Notes: a model not told the origin generated them from the sequence alone. Counted from the whole stretch's first letter, positions 49,601 through 62,225 are shown. The stretch: DNA of 62,236 nt, filler included, from Choristocarpus tenellus KU-1152 (GCA_964200185.2; 9 parts of 9 records of this genome joined end to end with filler, not necessarily neighbours in it), one strand, 5' to 3'. Made by a program: numbers and translations.

Positions 49601-52600
49601 TTTGAGCCCAAGTCGCCACCTTTTGCTCGTTGTTGACCTACCTCTCTACTTTGATACTGTCTTTTGGTGCTATGGCACTTCAACTCTCTTTGATCATCAT
49701 CTTGTTGGCAATACCTCTCTTCCCACGGCCCAGCCACTTCGTCATATATGTGTAGTCCTTCTTTGCAATGTAGCTCTTTACTTGGACACCTTGCACTTGG
49801 AGGAGTGCAAGAATAAGGATATTCAATCAGGGTGTCATAAGTTGCTGGAGAAATGCTGGGCTTTAGCGACCCAGCTTGGGGCTGGCGGGAAGCTTTTTCC
49901 CTTTCTCCTCCACCATTATACCACATTGGTGACTGCTGGTGATGACTGTACTGAGGGGAGATGAAGCCTTCTGGACTCTCTTCTCCATGTTGTTGAACCC
50001 GCCTTCCAGGAGTAGAGTCCCTGCAAGGGAATGAAAGCGTTGTTACTGAGATCAGTGAGAAGTTCCTGAGCCCTGGATGTATTTGTGCAGAGCAGAGAGT
50101 ACAGAGCTCTAACTCTCAATTGTCATTTCTGTCCTTCTCGGTCTCCACCCTGCTTACTGCCTTGCTCACTCCACAAAAATATGTTGTCTTCAACTGGAAC
50201 TGAAAATTGTTCACGCATGGGACAGATCAAAAAATAGGTGCAATGGCTTCCATTGGATTCAAAGCTGCATTCCAAAATAAAGTACCTACAGCACTTCTTG
50301 TTGTGCAAACAGCATCACATGTTGCAATGGGAACAACACTAAACGAATCCCCTGCCTATTGAAGGTCAAGTATTATGGGCTTAGCATCGAGACAAAGTGT
50401 AAATTCACTCCAATACACCAATTTCACATTGCCCAAACACTGGCATGGTTGAATAGAACTGCATCATCAAAACTGTCTTCATTCACAAGAAACCAGTCGA
50501 TCCTCAGGAGTTTGTTGAAATAGGATTAGCAGGAGAGCACAGTTGGACTCACCTGGAGGAAGCCTCACGCCTGATATTGTTCTCACTGTGAGCCCTACTG
50601 TATCTTCTGGAGGCTTTGACCGCATGCTTCTGTCCATTAGATAGATTTTTCGTCATAATATGGGTGACAAGCCGTGAGTTCAACTTCTCAGTGAAATGCT
50701 GCAGTAAAGACCAAAGATTTGGGGGGAAACTGATTGACACTTGTAGGCTCAAGTACACATTTTAGACCTCAGCCATTAAGGACACCTTTGCTCGGGGGGG
50801 CACTGCAGGCTGAAGGAAGTAGTACAGTAGCAAATGTAGTGTCATGAAGGGTCTTCTATTGTTGTGGATAAGTTATCACAATGCTGTTGCTTTTCGTTGC
50901 GCACTGTTGATCAAAATTTCAGGTCAAGGCAAGGCTGTGGAAGCAACTCCATAGGTTCTGAGCTGCTTGGGTTGTCAAGATACCTAATTCACCTTTCTAG
51001 CAGCCGCAAAGGATCTTTGGAAGGTCTTCAGAAGCTCCTCATTATGTATACCTGTATTCTTTGCTAGGAGTACAGCCTTGTTATACCTGTACAAACAAAA
51101 TAAATTAATGCAGAGGTGGTGTAGTAGAGGGATAGAAAAGTAGCCCACACTACAGTAACTGCATTGACTTTGCAAGGTATCACCCTTCATAATTTCCTGG
51201 TAAAATATTGAAGCACCTGAGCTAACTGCACTGTGGGACTCATGCTTGAAACCCAGAAAGACTGCAAATATTAATACTAACCCAACGATCTCATAAACAT
51301 AATATCAACATGATTAGAAAGTGTAGAACTGGTTTCTTTGCTTCTTCCATTAACCCCATTATATATATATGCCAGTTACAAGCCAAACCAGTTGAGAGGT
51401 TAGGCAGGTTTGGTGCCTTTTCATTCTAAGCAATATTTCTTACCCCTGTGCAATGGACTCCTTTTCATTTCTTGACATCTACAACAGTGTACGCAAGAGT
51501 GATATTCTCCCTTTCCACATGCAAAGAGAGATCACAATTAAGCAATGGCTCTTTCTGCATTGTACAAAATTTCATTTTGTTGTCATTTCTCAGGAAGCTT
51601 ATAATGCAACCCTGCCTACCTCTCGATTCGATCTCACTTTCATTTCATTGAGTGAGGATATCACCCAATGTCTCCACCTGAGGATCATTGCCAAAAATGG
51701 AGTTACAAAGTGTTGCCCTACATCCTTTGTGGATCTACATCGAACAGTTTTTGTTAGGATCTACATCAGAAAGACAACTACAACTAAGTTAAAGTCAGTT
51801 ACTAGTCTACTACAAACTAGACACAATCAGCAGGGTCAAGGTATAGCTTGTTCTCTCACGGTAGGACAGCAGCATTGGGATCTGTATATCCTTGAAAGTT
51901 GAAAAAAAAAAACATTGTGGACCTGTGTGACCCTGTAGTGACTTATATGTGATCTGAGCAAACATGTCACATGTAAGGACCCAAAGTATTTGAGGGGGGT
52001 GGGAGGTCTACACCAGGGTGTCCATTTGGGACAAAACTAGGAAAAGTACACATACATTATCCATCCAACGTATGCAACCAAATCACCCAAAAATTGCAAC
52101 ATGGAAAAATTGGGCCCCAAATGGACACCCGCCACCCCCCCCCAGATACTTGAGCTAAGGGAATTTTTTTTCATCTGAATGCACCTTCCTTTTCCATCCC
52201 TAACCCTACACCAAATTCAGAGGAAAATCACCCGCAAAACGGGCATCAAACTGGGGTACCTTAAAACACCATAGCAAGCCCTGAATGGACAACATGGGTT
52301 AAACACCCTCACCCTCTAGGATAATATGTCCCAAGTATAACTAGAATCAGGTAGGTCACAAATCCTAGTGACTACTACTGTTGTATTTCTGGAGAAAAAA
52401 TAATACATAATAACTTCTACTTGATGGGTTACTCATATTTCGCACCAAATCCTTCGCCTCAAACATTTGTCTAGGTAGTTACGGAGGATTGTAATGTTGG
52501 GTCGTAAAATGGATGGAGGCACCTAGGTACTACTGTTTGTGCAAACTCTTGATGACACCACCCAAGAAGTAATACTATCATCACATGAATATCACTGTCA

Positions 52601-55600
52601 AGCATCCACTGTCAAGAACTTTGTTACCCCAAATTGAACTTCCTATGTATCTTTAAACGTGGAGTACTTTAGGGGGTTTGTTGTGCAAGATGTACGTGAT
52701 ACAGCACCCCTCTGACCCGAGAAGTTCATGCTTGGGCATCTTCATGTGCAAATGGTCGCATAATATTTTGGCTCTGCCCTGAGCAGTAGGGTTCTCCTCA
52801 ACCCACCACAACCCTCAAGGCTTCCAACAACCTGAGGAGATATCCACCTTCAATGCACATAATGTTTTTCTCGTGCAGTACATAGCTGACCTCCGTGTGT
52901 ATGGCCATTTTTATACATGAGCTATGCGCATGTAACATATTGGACTGTGTTAGTTTGAATTCTGCCCAAGAACTAGATGATATGCTGAACTGCAAAAACA
53001 AGGAACTCGCAAAACAAGACATTTCGGTGCCAGAGTCCAGTTTCCTTTGTCTACCAGAATTTGCAACGCAGAATATTTGAGACAGGGTAGGTTCACAGCA
53101 GTACCAAGAGCATTTTTGGCCCAATGCATATATGTGTGTGTGTGTATAGGCACAGAGAGACAGCAACTCTTACCAATGAAAACAAAGGTCCTTGTGGTTA
53201 GTGAACTCCAGTTCCACAGCAAGGTTGTAGTAAGAAACTGCCAGAGTTGCTAGTCGTCCTTGTCTTCCCCCTTGTTCCCCCACCTCATGCAAGCCCCTCC
53301 TTTCTGGCTTCTCATTATTCCAAGAGGGTGCTATGAGGCCTTCCTGACCATAGAAAACTGCCGACTGTGCATGCTCTAGAGCAACCTCGTGCCTGGTTGT
53401 GGGAAGGAGCAGGAAGGTTTTTCACATGGGGTCCTTGCATGGGCTCATGTTTTGCAAAAGAATCCATTTTACTGGGTAATTAATTCACTGAATAAAAGGC
53501 TTGATAAATATTTGAGTTATTCCTGGATACCAGTGAGATTCCAATATCCTCAATTCTGGAGTCAAGGTGTACACGGAGGGTTGCAATGCACAGCCCATAC
53601 CACAATGTCTTCTCTGCAATTGACCTATTAAAAAAAATATCATTTTAACGATGTGATTTGAAAAAGACCTATACTGAAAACTTCAGAGTACTTGAAGGGT
53701 GCAATTCAGTCAAGCCAGCTGGGGCAGAAATTTTCAGGATTTGAGTATTTGGAAATGACTAATGTGTCTTCTAATACATAAATCATGAGAATACATGCGC
53801 AGAAAAGAGAAGATGCAGGAACTCAGAAGCTTGGCATTTGACGATTTGTTAAGCAATAATCGCAGTTGGACTTGGCTCTGCTCCATTGTAGTACATAGTT
53901 CTAGTGTCAGCATACCCTCAATGAGGGTAGAAGTTGTTTTAAAATTTACAGTTGGACTTGGCTCTGCTCCATTGTAGTACATAGTTCTAGTGTCAGCATA
54001 CCCTCAATGAGGGTGGAAGTTGTTTTAAAATTTACAGTTGGACTTGGCTCTGCTCCATTGTAGTACATAGTTCTAGTGTCAGCATACCCTCAATGAGGGT
54101 GGAAGTTGTTGTTTTAAAATTTACAGTCCTTTGGCATGATCCCAAGATGGAGACGTCATGTTGAGCAAAACTCGACTATAGCAAGTGAAACCATCCACAA
54201 CCATGCAGAACCCACAAGCTGAGTGTGGTAGGGTTTGACTACATGCTCAAAGTATCTGGGGGGGGCTGCTGGCTCTCCATTCAGGGCCCATCTTTCCATG
54301 TCACGATTTTTAGGTGATTTGGTCGCATGTGTTGGATGGATAATGTAAGTGCACTTCTCCTTGTCAGGGCCTGAATGAACACCCTGGTGTAGACTCCCCC
54401 CCCCCCGAGATACTTTGAGGCTGCATGTCGAAATAAGGGATCCGAGTTCAAACTTGCGACCTGCTATCGTGCAATTGCAAACAGCTGCCCGGCACTTCTA
54501 GACCAGATCCCAGCATGTGCGCATTGAGTGCCTTCTTGCTACAGGTTATCTTCATAATACTGCTCACCGGCCAAGTTGGGACAGCACAGCACATGCATTA
54601 AGGTGAGTCACAGCAAGGTGCTCAGTGGATCCAGCCATCCTTGCAACCTCGACTGCCCGCTGAAGGCACTTCAATGCCTGTTTGGGTTCCCCCAACCTGT
54701 CGTTTTTTAGGAGGGCAGAAACATTGGCACCTGCTCAATATAAAAGCAATGCTGCAGACTTTGTCTTGATGTGACCGCTTGTTAATATCCCTCACAATCT
54801 GCAACCCTCCCACACTCCAACCCTGTCCAGGACCCTGCGGTCTTACTCAGCACCTCCTGAACAAGCAAGCTGTGTTGTTAAGTGTCAGGACTTCAAGTGC
54901 AGGATCGCTCCCAAAACTGGCCCAGAGTTTCCCCCTGCTCCGACCCTTTCCCTTCCCCCCTCCTAATTTCCGCCTCCCAGTAGCCAGTCCCATTGCCCTG
55001 GCAAGTAGGGAGCGGCATTTCTTCATGCCTCCTCCTCCCAGGGTGGCCATGGCAAGGGAGTTACATGCCATGACTGCATCTCGAAAGGCAATCCTTGCAG
55101 CAGAACTCTTGGGGGTTGTATATTCCAAGCGTGGAGAATCGGTAGAGAAACGTGTATGAATGTGGACGAAGGAATAAGATATTCAAGAGACCAGGAGCAG
55201 GAGCAGGTTCCATGTATTTCAGCTGTGGATAAATACTAGTTAGGGCTTAGAAATATCGTATTTCCTCTAAAGTCGATTATTTTGTTTGGTCATCCCCTGC
55301 TTGTTGGTAAGATATACCCAGTACATCATACGTTCTCGTGTCAAAAAAGTATTTTCTTCCAACATACACGATGTTGCATAATTGACCCATCCAGCAAAGG
55401 TCTCTGTTGCTGTGCCGATATCGTAATCCCCCATAAACCGTGATCGCGTTCTATCCACCTGATGACCGAACATCCGAATCTTGAGGGCCGCCCCCTGTTC
55501 AAGTAGATCCAGTGCCTTGATTGGTTGTAGAACGAGGATGAGTACGGTGTGTTGAATCGTGTTATCGAGGTAAGGATCTTTGACAGCTCTCGCAAGCAGT

Positions 55601-55986
55601 GAGTGAATTGATGCAATGCACTATTTGAGCTCTCGCGATTCTTGAGGTCAACTTCCAATTTTCACAGGATGGAGGATGACGCTGCAACGTGGGTGGCCAA
55701 GAGGCAGAATCGCGAAGGGGACTAAAGTACACTTTCCCAAACGTTGATTCATGCGGTGCCTGCTCCAAGTGTTCCACATCACCTCCACAGACAGGTTCCG
55801 GCTCTGGAGCTTGGTGAGAGCCTCGTCCAGCAAGCGTAGGACCCTGCTGTCGCCTCCAGCATATTCAGATTGTTCAAATGTCATACTTGAATTGCTATCA
55901 TTGCTCCAATTCAGCTCATTACTGTTACCATTGTGTCTAAATTGATGCCGTGGGGCTGCGCAGTTCGCCATACCTCGTTCAAACAT
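46629..55986 (-). CDS. TPR-repeat protein with long disordered linker and C-terminal IQ calmodulin-binding motifs (>1300 aa)
   Basis: Phase-consistent exons 55986(or 55884)-55783, 55515-55459, 55107-54854, 54696-54568, 53392-53174, 51086-50993, 50629-50553, 50020-47542, 46951-46629; possible last exon 45786-45687. TPR motifs TLNNTACLFRR, THLNACAVLSQLGRHEVALEHAQ, AVSYYNLAVELE; IQ motifs CQSHVRG, IQALARQ, LQRLFRGHKGR. Confidence 0.85.
47156..47438. mobile_element. MITE family B in an intron
   Basis: TIRs CCCAAAACATTTAAGAGCGTAGG / CCTACCCTCTTAAATGCTTTGGG; collinear with 1103-1386. Confidence 0.85.
51978..52155. mobile_element. MITE family A (~180 bp) with 4-bp TSD TAAG
   Basis: GACCCAAAGTATTTGAGGGGGG...CCCCCCCAGATACTTGAGC; TAAG on both flanks. 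Confidence 0.85.
53863..54127. repeat. 86-bp tandem repeat x3
   Basis: Near-identical units at 53863, 53949, 54035, each containing the palindrome ACCCTCA-A-TGAGGGT. Confidence 0.95.
54244..54421. mobile_element. MITE family A (reverse orientation)
   Basis: CTCAAAGTATCTGGGGG...CCCCCGAGATACTTTGAG; flanks TACA/TGCA (TSD with one mismatch). Confidence 0.83.
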
Positions 55987-56842
55987 GTTCTGCCCTGTCT
56001 CCAAGGGGAAATGGGGGGAAAAGGAAAAAAGTTATCAGTTTTCCTGAAACGGTAATTTTTTGACAAAACAAAATCAATGGTTAACCCACATAGGTTTCAA
56101 AACAATGTTACAAACAAATATAGGTGCTTCACCACAACGAACACTTGCCTTTTGTTTTCTTTTGTTGTTAGATAAAACAAAACAAGAAATGGTTCGCCCG
56201 CATTCCATATGAATTGGATATGTAATCTCTATAGAGGGGCCACAAAATCAGACACCAACACAAAAGGCCAAGAGAGTAGGGTGGAGGAGTTGAAGGTTGA
56301 AGCTGAGAGATCAGCGCTTTAGTGTTGAATCAGAGGATGTCAAGTTCTATATCGATTAATGAATATACCTCCGTGTAGTATCTGCATGTGAACAACCGAT
56401 CGGGTCTATGACGTTGGATGTTATGGGATGTCAGGTTGAAGTTGTGTTATTTAGACAATGATATCAGGTGAAGGGGTATTTTAAATTGTCGAGGTAGTTG
56501 GGCGGTCTTCATGCCTCCTGCATATAACAGAGGATTTTCAAAATTGCGGATGGAGCGCGAAAACGGTCTTAAAAAAGTACCCTGAGGTTTTTTTATGCGA
56601 CTGTATTTGCACTTGGAAGGGCCCCTNNNNNNNNNNNNNNNNNNNNNNNNNNNNNNNNNNNNNNNNNNNNTTAATTAATTAANNNNNNNNNNNNNNNNNN
56701 NNNNNNNNNNNNNNNNNNNNNNNNNNGTAGTTGGGAGGCGTTATCTGGTGCAGCGCCTTGTTAATAACGATTTTAACTTGACTTGTTTGTGTCTGTGCGT
56801 GTGTCTGTATGTGTGTCGTTTGTTTTAATATTATTAAAAAAA

Positions 56843-56886
<44 letters not shown>

Positions 56887-57149
56887 TTTTGCAGTTCTGT
56901 CCTCGCAGTGGTAGCTCAGCTGTACCATGTGACTATGTTTTTGGCTCAAAGTTTGGACATAACATATTATACTTTGAAGATATAGAGCGTCAATGCGTTG
57001 CTTGTATTGCTTCCCAGGCGAGGCAGACGCCAGTGCTGGAGACACATTTGATGGGCCAAACATGATGACAACAAGCTGAAAACTGAGGTTTTCTGTTCAA
57101 GTACATAATTGTACGATCAACCATGAGATTGATGTATCACCTTACCAAA

Positions 57150-57484
57150 TATGAAACAAGGTCAAAGATGGACGCTGGCACCCCCCCCCCCCCCAGATAC
57201 TTTGAACCTAAAAGCACTTTCCAATAGCATCCACCAATAGGATGTTTACCCTTCTTTTTTTTTAAGAAAGGTGTCATCTCCAATCTCTGTGTAAAGAAGT
57301 TATCGCTGATAATATCCAAGTTGAATCGAGGTTTGACTGCTATCTGTTTCTTGAATGGAAAATGAGATCAGTGAATCGATTGACTTTGGAGTGTTCTTTA
57401 TGATATAGATGTTCAAACCTTTGGTGTATTTGACGGGTCAAAGTATCTGGGGGGTGGGTGCCGGCGTCCGTTTTTGACCTTGAC
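57150..57484. mobile_element. Two family D MITE termini in inverted orientation (57150-57208, 57435-57484)
   Basis: AAGGTCAAAGATGGACGCTGGCACCC..AGATACTTTGAACC and GGGTCAAAGTATCTGGGG..GCCGGCGTCCGTTTTTGACCTT are near reverse complements. Confidence 0.7.
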
Positions 57485-57930
57485 AGGTGGTCAGGTGGTC
57501 GGCGAGCGCTTCATGAACGCGAAAACTACCTTGAAACATCTTGGTATACAAAGCATGTACGTAAAGTGATCTCGTTGAACATAGGAAGCCTGGCTGGACT
57601 GGCTTAAGTATTGTCAATTAAATATATATCTCTACATCCAAAGGAGAGAGTTGGAGAGTAACAATTGAGACAGAGATAAAAGAAGCCTTGACTGTTTTGA
57701 GGTGAACGTAATATTTGACACTTGCTATCAAACAATCAATCTATATGTAGCTCTGTAATAAATTGGAGACAGGTACTCCCGTGAGACCTCAGGTCCCTAA
57801 TTTTCTACAGAAATTGCCTTTATGATCCTCCTTTCTGCCCCCTTTCAATTTCCCCTCAAACACCTCTGTTCCATTCCACCCACAGCTTGCTATCTCTGTT
57901 GTGTTGCCTCTACCACAAAATGACTAGGCA

Positions 57931-59797
57931 TCACGTGAGGTCTTGCACCAAAGCCACATCTTCCCTGTACTCTCTTGCCATCCTCCTTTCCGCGGGGGTT
58001 AATGGAACACGAGGTGTTCCGTTTGCACTGCGCAATACCAGTCTCTCTGAGCCCTGCTTGCCTCCAGTGCTATGTGACCGTAAGACCATTGGCTGTGTGT
58101 TGCCTCTTTCGCTGCTCCCCATAGGGCCGGAGAGAGGTGCTCTACCTGGAGATTCAGTCCGTGAATGGATTGATGAGGAAGCCGAAAAAGATTTTCGCCG
58201 GCGAGGTTGTGGGTCTGCCTCTTGCAGGACCTGTGCACCTTGCTCCTGGGGGGAAAGAGTCGAGGCTGATCTGGAGAAACGGGTGGGGTCCATACTGGAG
58301 GGGTGCGGGGGAAGTTGGTCCATGGATCCACGTAGCTCTTCTACCTCTTGCTTCAGCCTCAAAATGAGTCGGTCTTTATCATTGGAGGAACTCAGTGCAG
58401 CACTTCTCGTATCTCTACTGCCTGGCCTGGTTCTACGTTTGTCTCTGTGGTGGTGGGTGGTGCTCTGATTAGATTTCTTCTCAGCTTCCCTCATGTGGGC
58501 TGCCTCATCAGCGACTCTAATGGTGCGGTCGAGCTGATCCTCTGCTTCCTTGCAGGCGGGTTCCTTGTAGAGGGGTGTTTGTGGGTTTACCAGAGGTTCG
58601 CCATCCAGGCTGGCGTATATGGGGTTGAGGGGATTAACATGCCGATTGGTGCAGATAGAGTGCTTTAATGTATCTGCCTGTGCCCCTGATATATCTCCCA
58701 TGAAGTTGGTGTTGCGGAAGTGCCTTCGTGCCTCCAATGGGGGGTTCATCTTAGGCATTGGTTTCCATCCAACCTGCGCCCCTTCAATGTCAGCAGTTGT
58801 CAATGTATAGTATGGGCAGTCCTTGGCTTTTGGCAATGCACGTGGCCTTGATTTGGCTGGATCATCGGCAACATCCATCCCGTTCACCCTGTAAGCAGGC
58901 TCTAGCGGGTTGGTGATTCGCCGTGTACGGAAACCACCGCTTGTGATATCTCTCACATCAAGGGAGTGAGTCAGTGGAGGGGCTTCCTTCCTTGCTCGCT
59001 CATGTCGGGGTTTCCAACCAACCTGTGCGCCTTCGATGTCATCCACAACATGATTTTCTCGTTGTGCGAAACGATACAGTGATCGAGACTTCGTACCTTC
59101 AATGTCTGAGACGTCAAATGAGTCCCGGGTGAATTTTGGGACAACTACTGGGGCGGCGGCAAATGTTGGCAAGTTGTATTCAGGAACGAGTGGGTTTATA
59201 CAACGAACAGTGCGAAAGAGGGCCTTGTTGCGAGGTCTGCTGCCCTCGATATCATCGAGATACAGGGCACGATCTGGCTTATTGGTGTTTTGGTGAAGGC
59301 GAACTGATTGGGTGCCCGAAATGTCCTGTGCGAAGAAAGCGATGTTCAGCATTCGTTGGATATTAGTTTGTATTTTTTGTTTTTGGAGTGAGCACTAGGA
59401 CGATCGTCCAAAACAGGTACTCGGGTACGATCCAAATGGAACACATATCATTCCACGTTTCACCAAAATGTAATCATTTGGAGTTGGAGGAAGCGTTAAG
59501 GGTATTGTGAATAACTTCGATATAGAAACCTCGGATGACTTGTCGTGCAGAGCTCACCGCCACATTATGGAAGTTGGGCTTGTTTTTCAGAATGTTTGTC
59601 CTACTGAAGGGCTGGGCACCATCGACATCACTGGTTGAGTGGTGATCCCTCGTATTGAGTCGACGTACGGCCCGTCCATAGCTAGTGAAATCTTTGGCTA
59701 TTGTGCAAGGACCGGAAGACATCAGGTTCATAGTCATGAACCTCTCCGGTCCTGGCGACAAAGACCGCAACTGTGCCTCCGTGCTTACGAGTGTCAT
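57931..59797 (-). CDS. Uncharacterised DIEG/NPL-repeat protein (~544 aa), possibly ciliary
   Basis: Exons 59797-59558 and 59325-57931 (GTGAGC..CACAG, phase 0); seven D[IV][EDS]G[ATS] motifs and three RxxNPLxPxY motifs; Ser/Arg-rich C-terminus with a short coiled coil. Confidence 0.8.
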
Positions 59798-60471
59798 CTT
59801 TGTCTTTGATATCCAAAGCAGAACGTCCCTTCGCACTAGAGAATACCAAGCCTATCCACCCCTTCACTGACTTCAGTGATCTTCTATTTTCGTGCCCTCT
59901 GGATGTATACTAGATTCTGCGAGTGATCAAATACACTCCCAAAAAACGACAGAAAATGACCAAATCACCTCAAACCATACTAGACGGTTTCATTGTTGTA
60001 GAGGAAGACAAAATATTTATATTTTTTCTTGGATTGTGGGTGGTGCTGGGTGCGACGTCCTCACCGTGCTGAAACCCAGGCACCAGACGCGGAGGGCGGC
60101 TGTATTCGAGTCGAGGTGAGCCACAATCTAGTACGTGGGTGCAATGATTTGGAATCATTGATGGTTTGGTGGGTTCTTAAGCCTGAATGTCGCAAATATA
60201 ACGCGGAAAATTGTTACTCTAACCTTTTGCTGGGCTGTAGGTCACTGGTGACCTTTCCATCGATCTTGACGTGTATCGTTATCTTGAAAGGCGAGATTCA
60301 ATGACTTTGCCAAGTATATCATATTGAAAAGGGCCCATAGGATTAACAGGGCGATATGATTTGCATTCTTGACAATTCAAAGGCACACGATACCTATATT
60401 TTTTGCTCTCAACCCAACACCCAAGCATTTCTCTCCCTGCCCTGTGTCTACTCTCCCGTGTCGTCAAGAAG

Positions 60472-62164
60472 ATGCCTCCTATGCGCCAGTACCAGGTAGT
60501 GGGACGAAAGGCCCCCACCGAGAGTGACACTTCCCCAGCTGTGTACCGGATGAAGGTCTTCGCATCCAACGATGTGACTGCTGCTTCGCGGTTCTGGTAC
60601 CTCATGCACCAGATGCGGAAGATGAAGAAGACAACGGGAGAAATTCTCGATGTGGTAGAGGTATGCTTCACTCGCCTTCAAATGTTTCTCTTAACCTCTG
60701 CTCCAGGTCTAGTGGCATGCCATACACACCTTTCTAAGAGGAGAACGATGATACCTGACTGGTGGACCTTGACACACCTGCTTTGATGGAAGTATGGACC
60801 AGGCGGAGATGTACTTGCCATGGAGCTTGTATAATTCGGACGACCAGTATTAAAGCGAGCTGGGAAGGGTAGACGAATCCCTTCTTAACTCTATGCTGTG
60901 GTTGTGACCAAATTTTCGCAACATCTTTGACCTGATAGTCTTAACTCGTTTCCCTCGGCCATATACTGGGATTTGCTCTTATGTTGTCGTCAGATCACAG
61001 AAAAGAATGCCCGTATCATCAAGCACTACGGCATCTGGCTGCGCTACGACTCGCGGTCTGGGACTCATAATATGTATCGCGAGTACAGAGATCTGACTCT
61101 GACCGGAGCTGTGGACCAGATGTGTGAGTACCCTTGTTGGCAATTGCTTTCCCTCGCGTGGCTCATGATCGTGCCACTCAAGAAATTTGCTTGAATTTTG
61201 CATGTGATGGTAGAGGAGTGCGCACCTCAAGTTACGTGCTGATCGAGGTAAGTTGAAATGATGACACATAGTGAAGAAGTGTGTCAAGCTCTGCGTTAGG
61301 CGTTCACCCCTGTCATGCCTTGGCCCAGAAGGGCTCAGCATTGGGGTTAACCTCTCCTGAATGAGGTGCTTTTTGACAGAGTGGGCTAAATCGTCCACTT
61401 TGAAATTGTGAACATTAAAAAAAAAAGCATGATAAGAAGTTTGGAGGAGCGATGCAATTCTTTTCCCGAGCGGGGGGAGGGGGGGGACCAATGGTGGCTG
61501 ACTGGAAGGATAACACTAAGCCAGAAACCGTCTGCTGTTTTTTCTAGGGAGTGGGGTCAAGGGTGGGTCAGGCTCGTTTGCCATTATTTTGAGAGTAAAA
61601 GGCCATAAGCTTTTCCCTGACACTCACTACCTCCCAATAGTTCCTAAGAGCTCAGTATATCCAGGTTGTGCCACTGAACATCCTGATTTTGTGATGGGAA
61701 GTAAAGGGATTAACCTCTTGCTCAGGGGGAGGGATGGGGCTGTAAGTCTCAAGAGATGATGTTGCTGTGAATGTGCAGATATATATATATTTTCTTCTGT
61801 AGAGGTCATGAGAGGACAGTGGAGCTATATAGGAGATAACACTCCAATTTTTGCTATCATGGAGGACTGACAGTGGCTGGGTCGTTGTAGGGAGATGTGC
61901 TGACCCCACCACCTTTCACAAGAGTGCTGTGTCTGGGACATCCTGTGCTATTTCAGGAGGTTTTTGTTTTTGAAAGATAAAAGTGATCCTGAATAATCCA
62001 GCTGTTATTTCGAGATTTTGTTTGTGTTAACACTTGCTTGTGTTGTTACTTCAGACTCGGAGATGGCAGGTCGCCACCGATGCCGCCCTCGTTCCATCCA
62101 GATCATCCGCACTGGGATTGTGCCGGTCAAGGACACCAAGCGCACCAATGTCCAGCAGTTCCAG
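60472..62164 (+). CDS. RPL18A: 60S ribosomal protein L18a (eL20), missing last exon(s)
   Basis: Exons 60472-60660 ([30 protein letters not shown]), 60994-61123 ([22 protein letters not shown]), 62055-62164 (EMAGRHR..SIQII); phases consistent. Confidence 0.96.
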
Positions 62165-62177
62165 GCAAGGAAGAATT

Positions 62178-62225
<48 letters not shown>

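Noticed and set aside
55267-55458. Extension of TPR exon 2 to a later GT donor (55317)
   Set aside because: The earlier donor at 55458 preserves TPR helix spacing into the next exon, so the extension was treated as intron (not proven).
57887-58668. + strand ORFs of 193 and 106 aa
   Set aside because: Antisense shadows of the DIEG-repeat gene exon.
62181-62224. Long poly-G run (G-quadruplex candidate)
   Set aside because: At the window edge and typical of sequencing artefacts; its length is unreliable.
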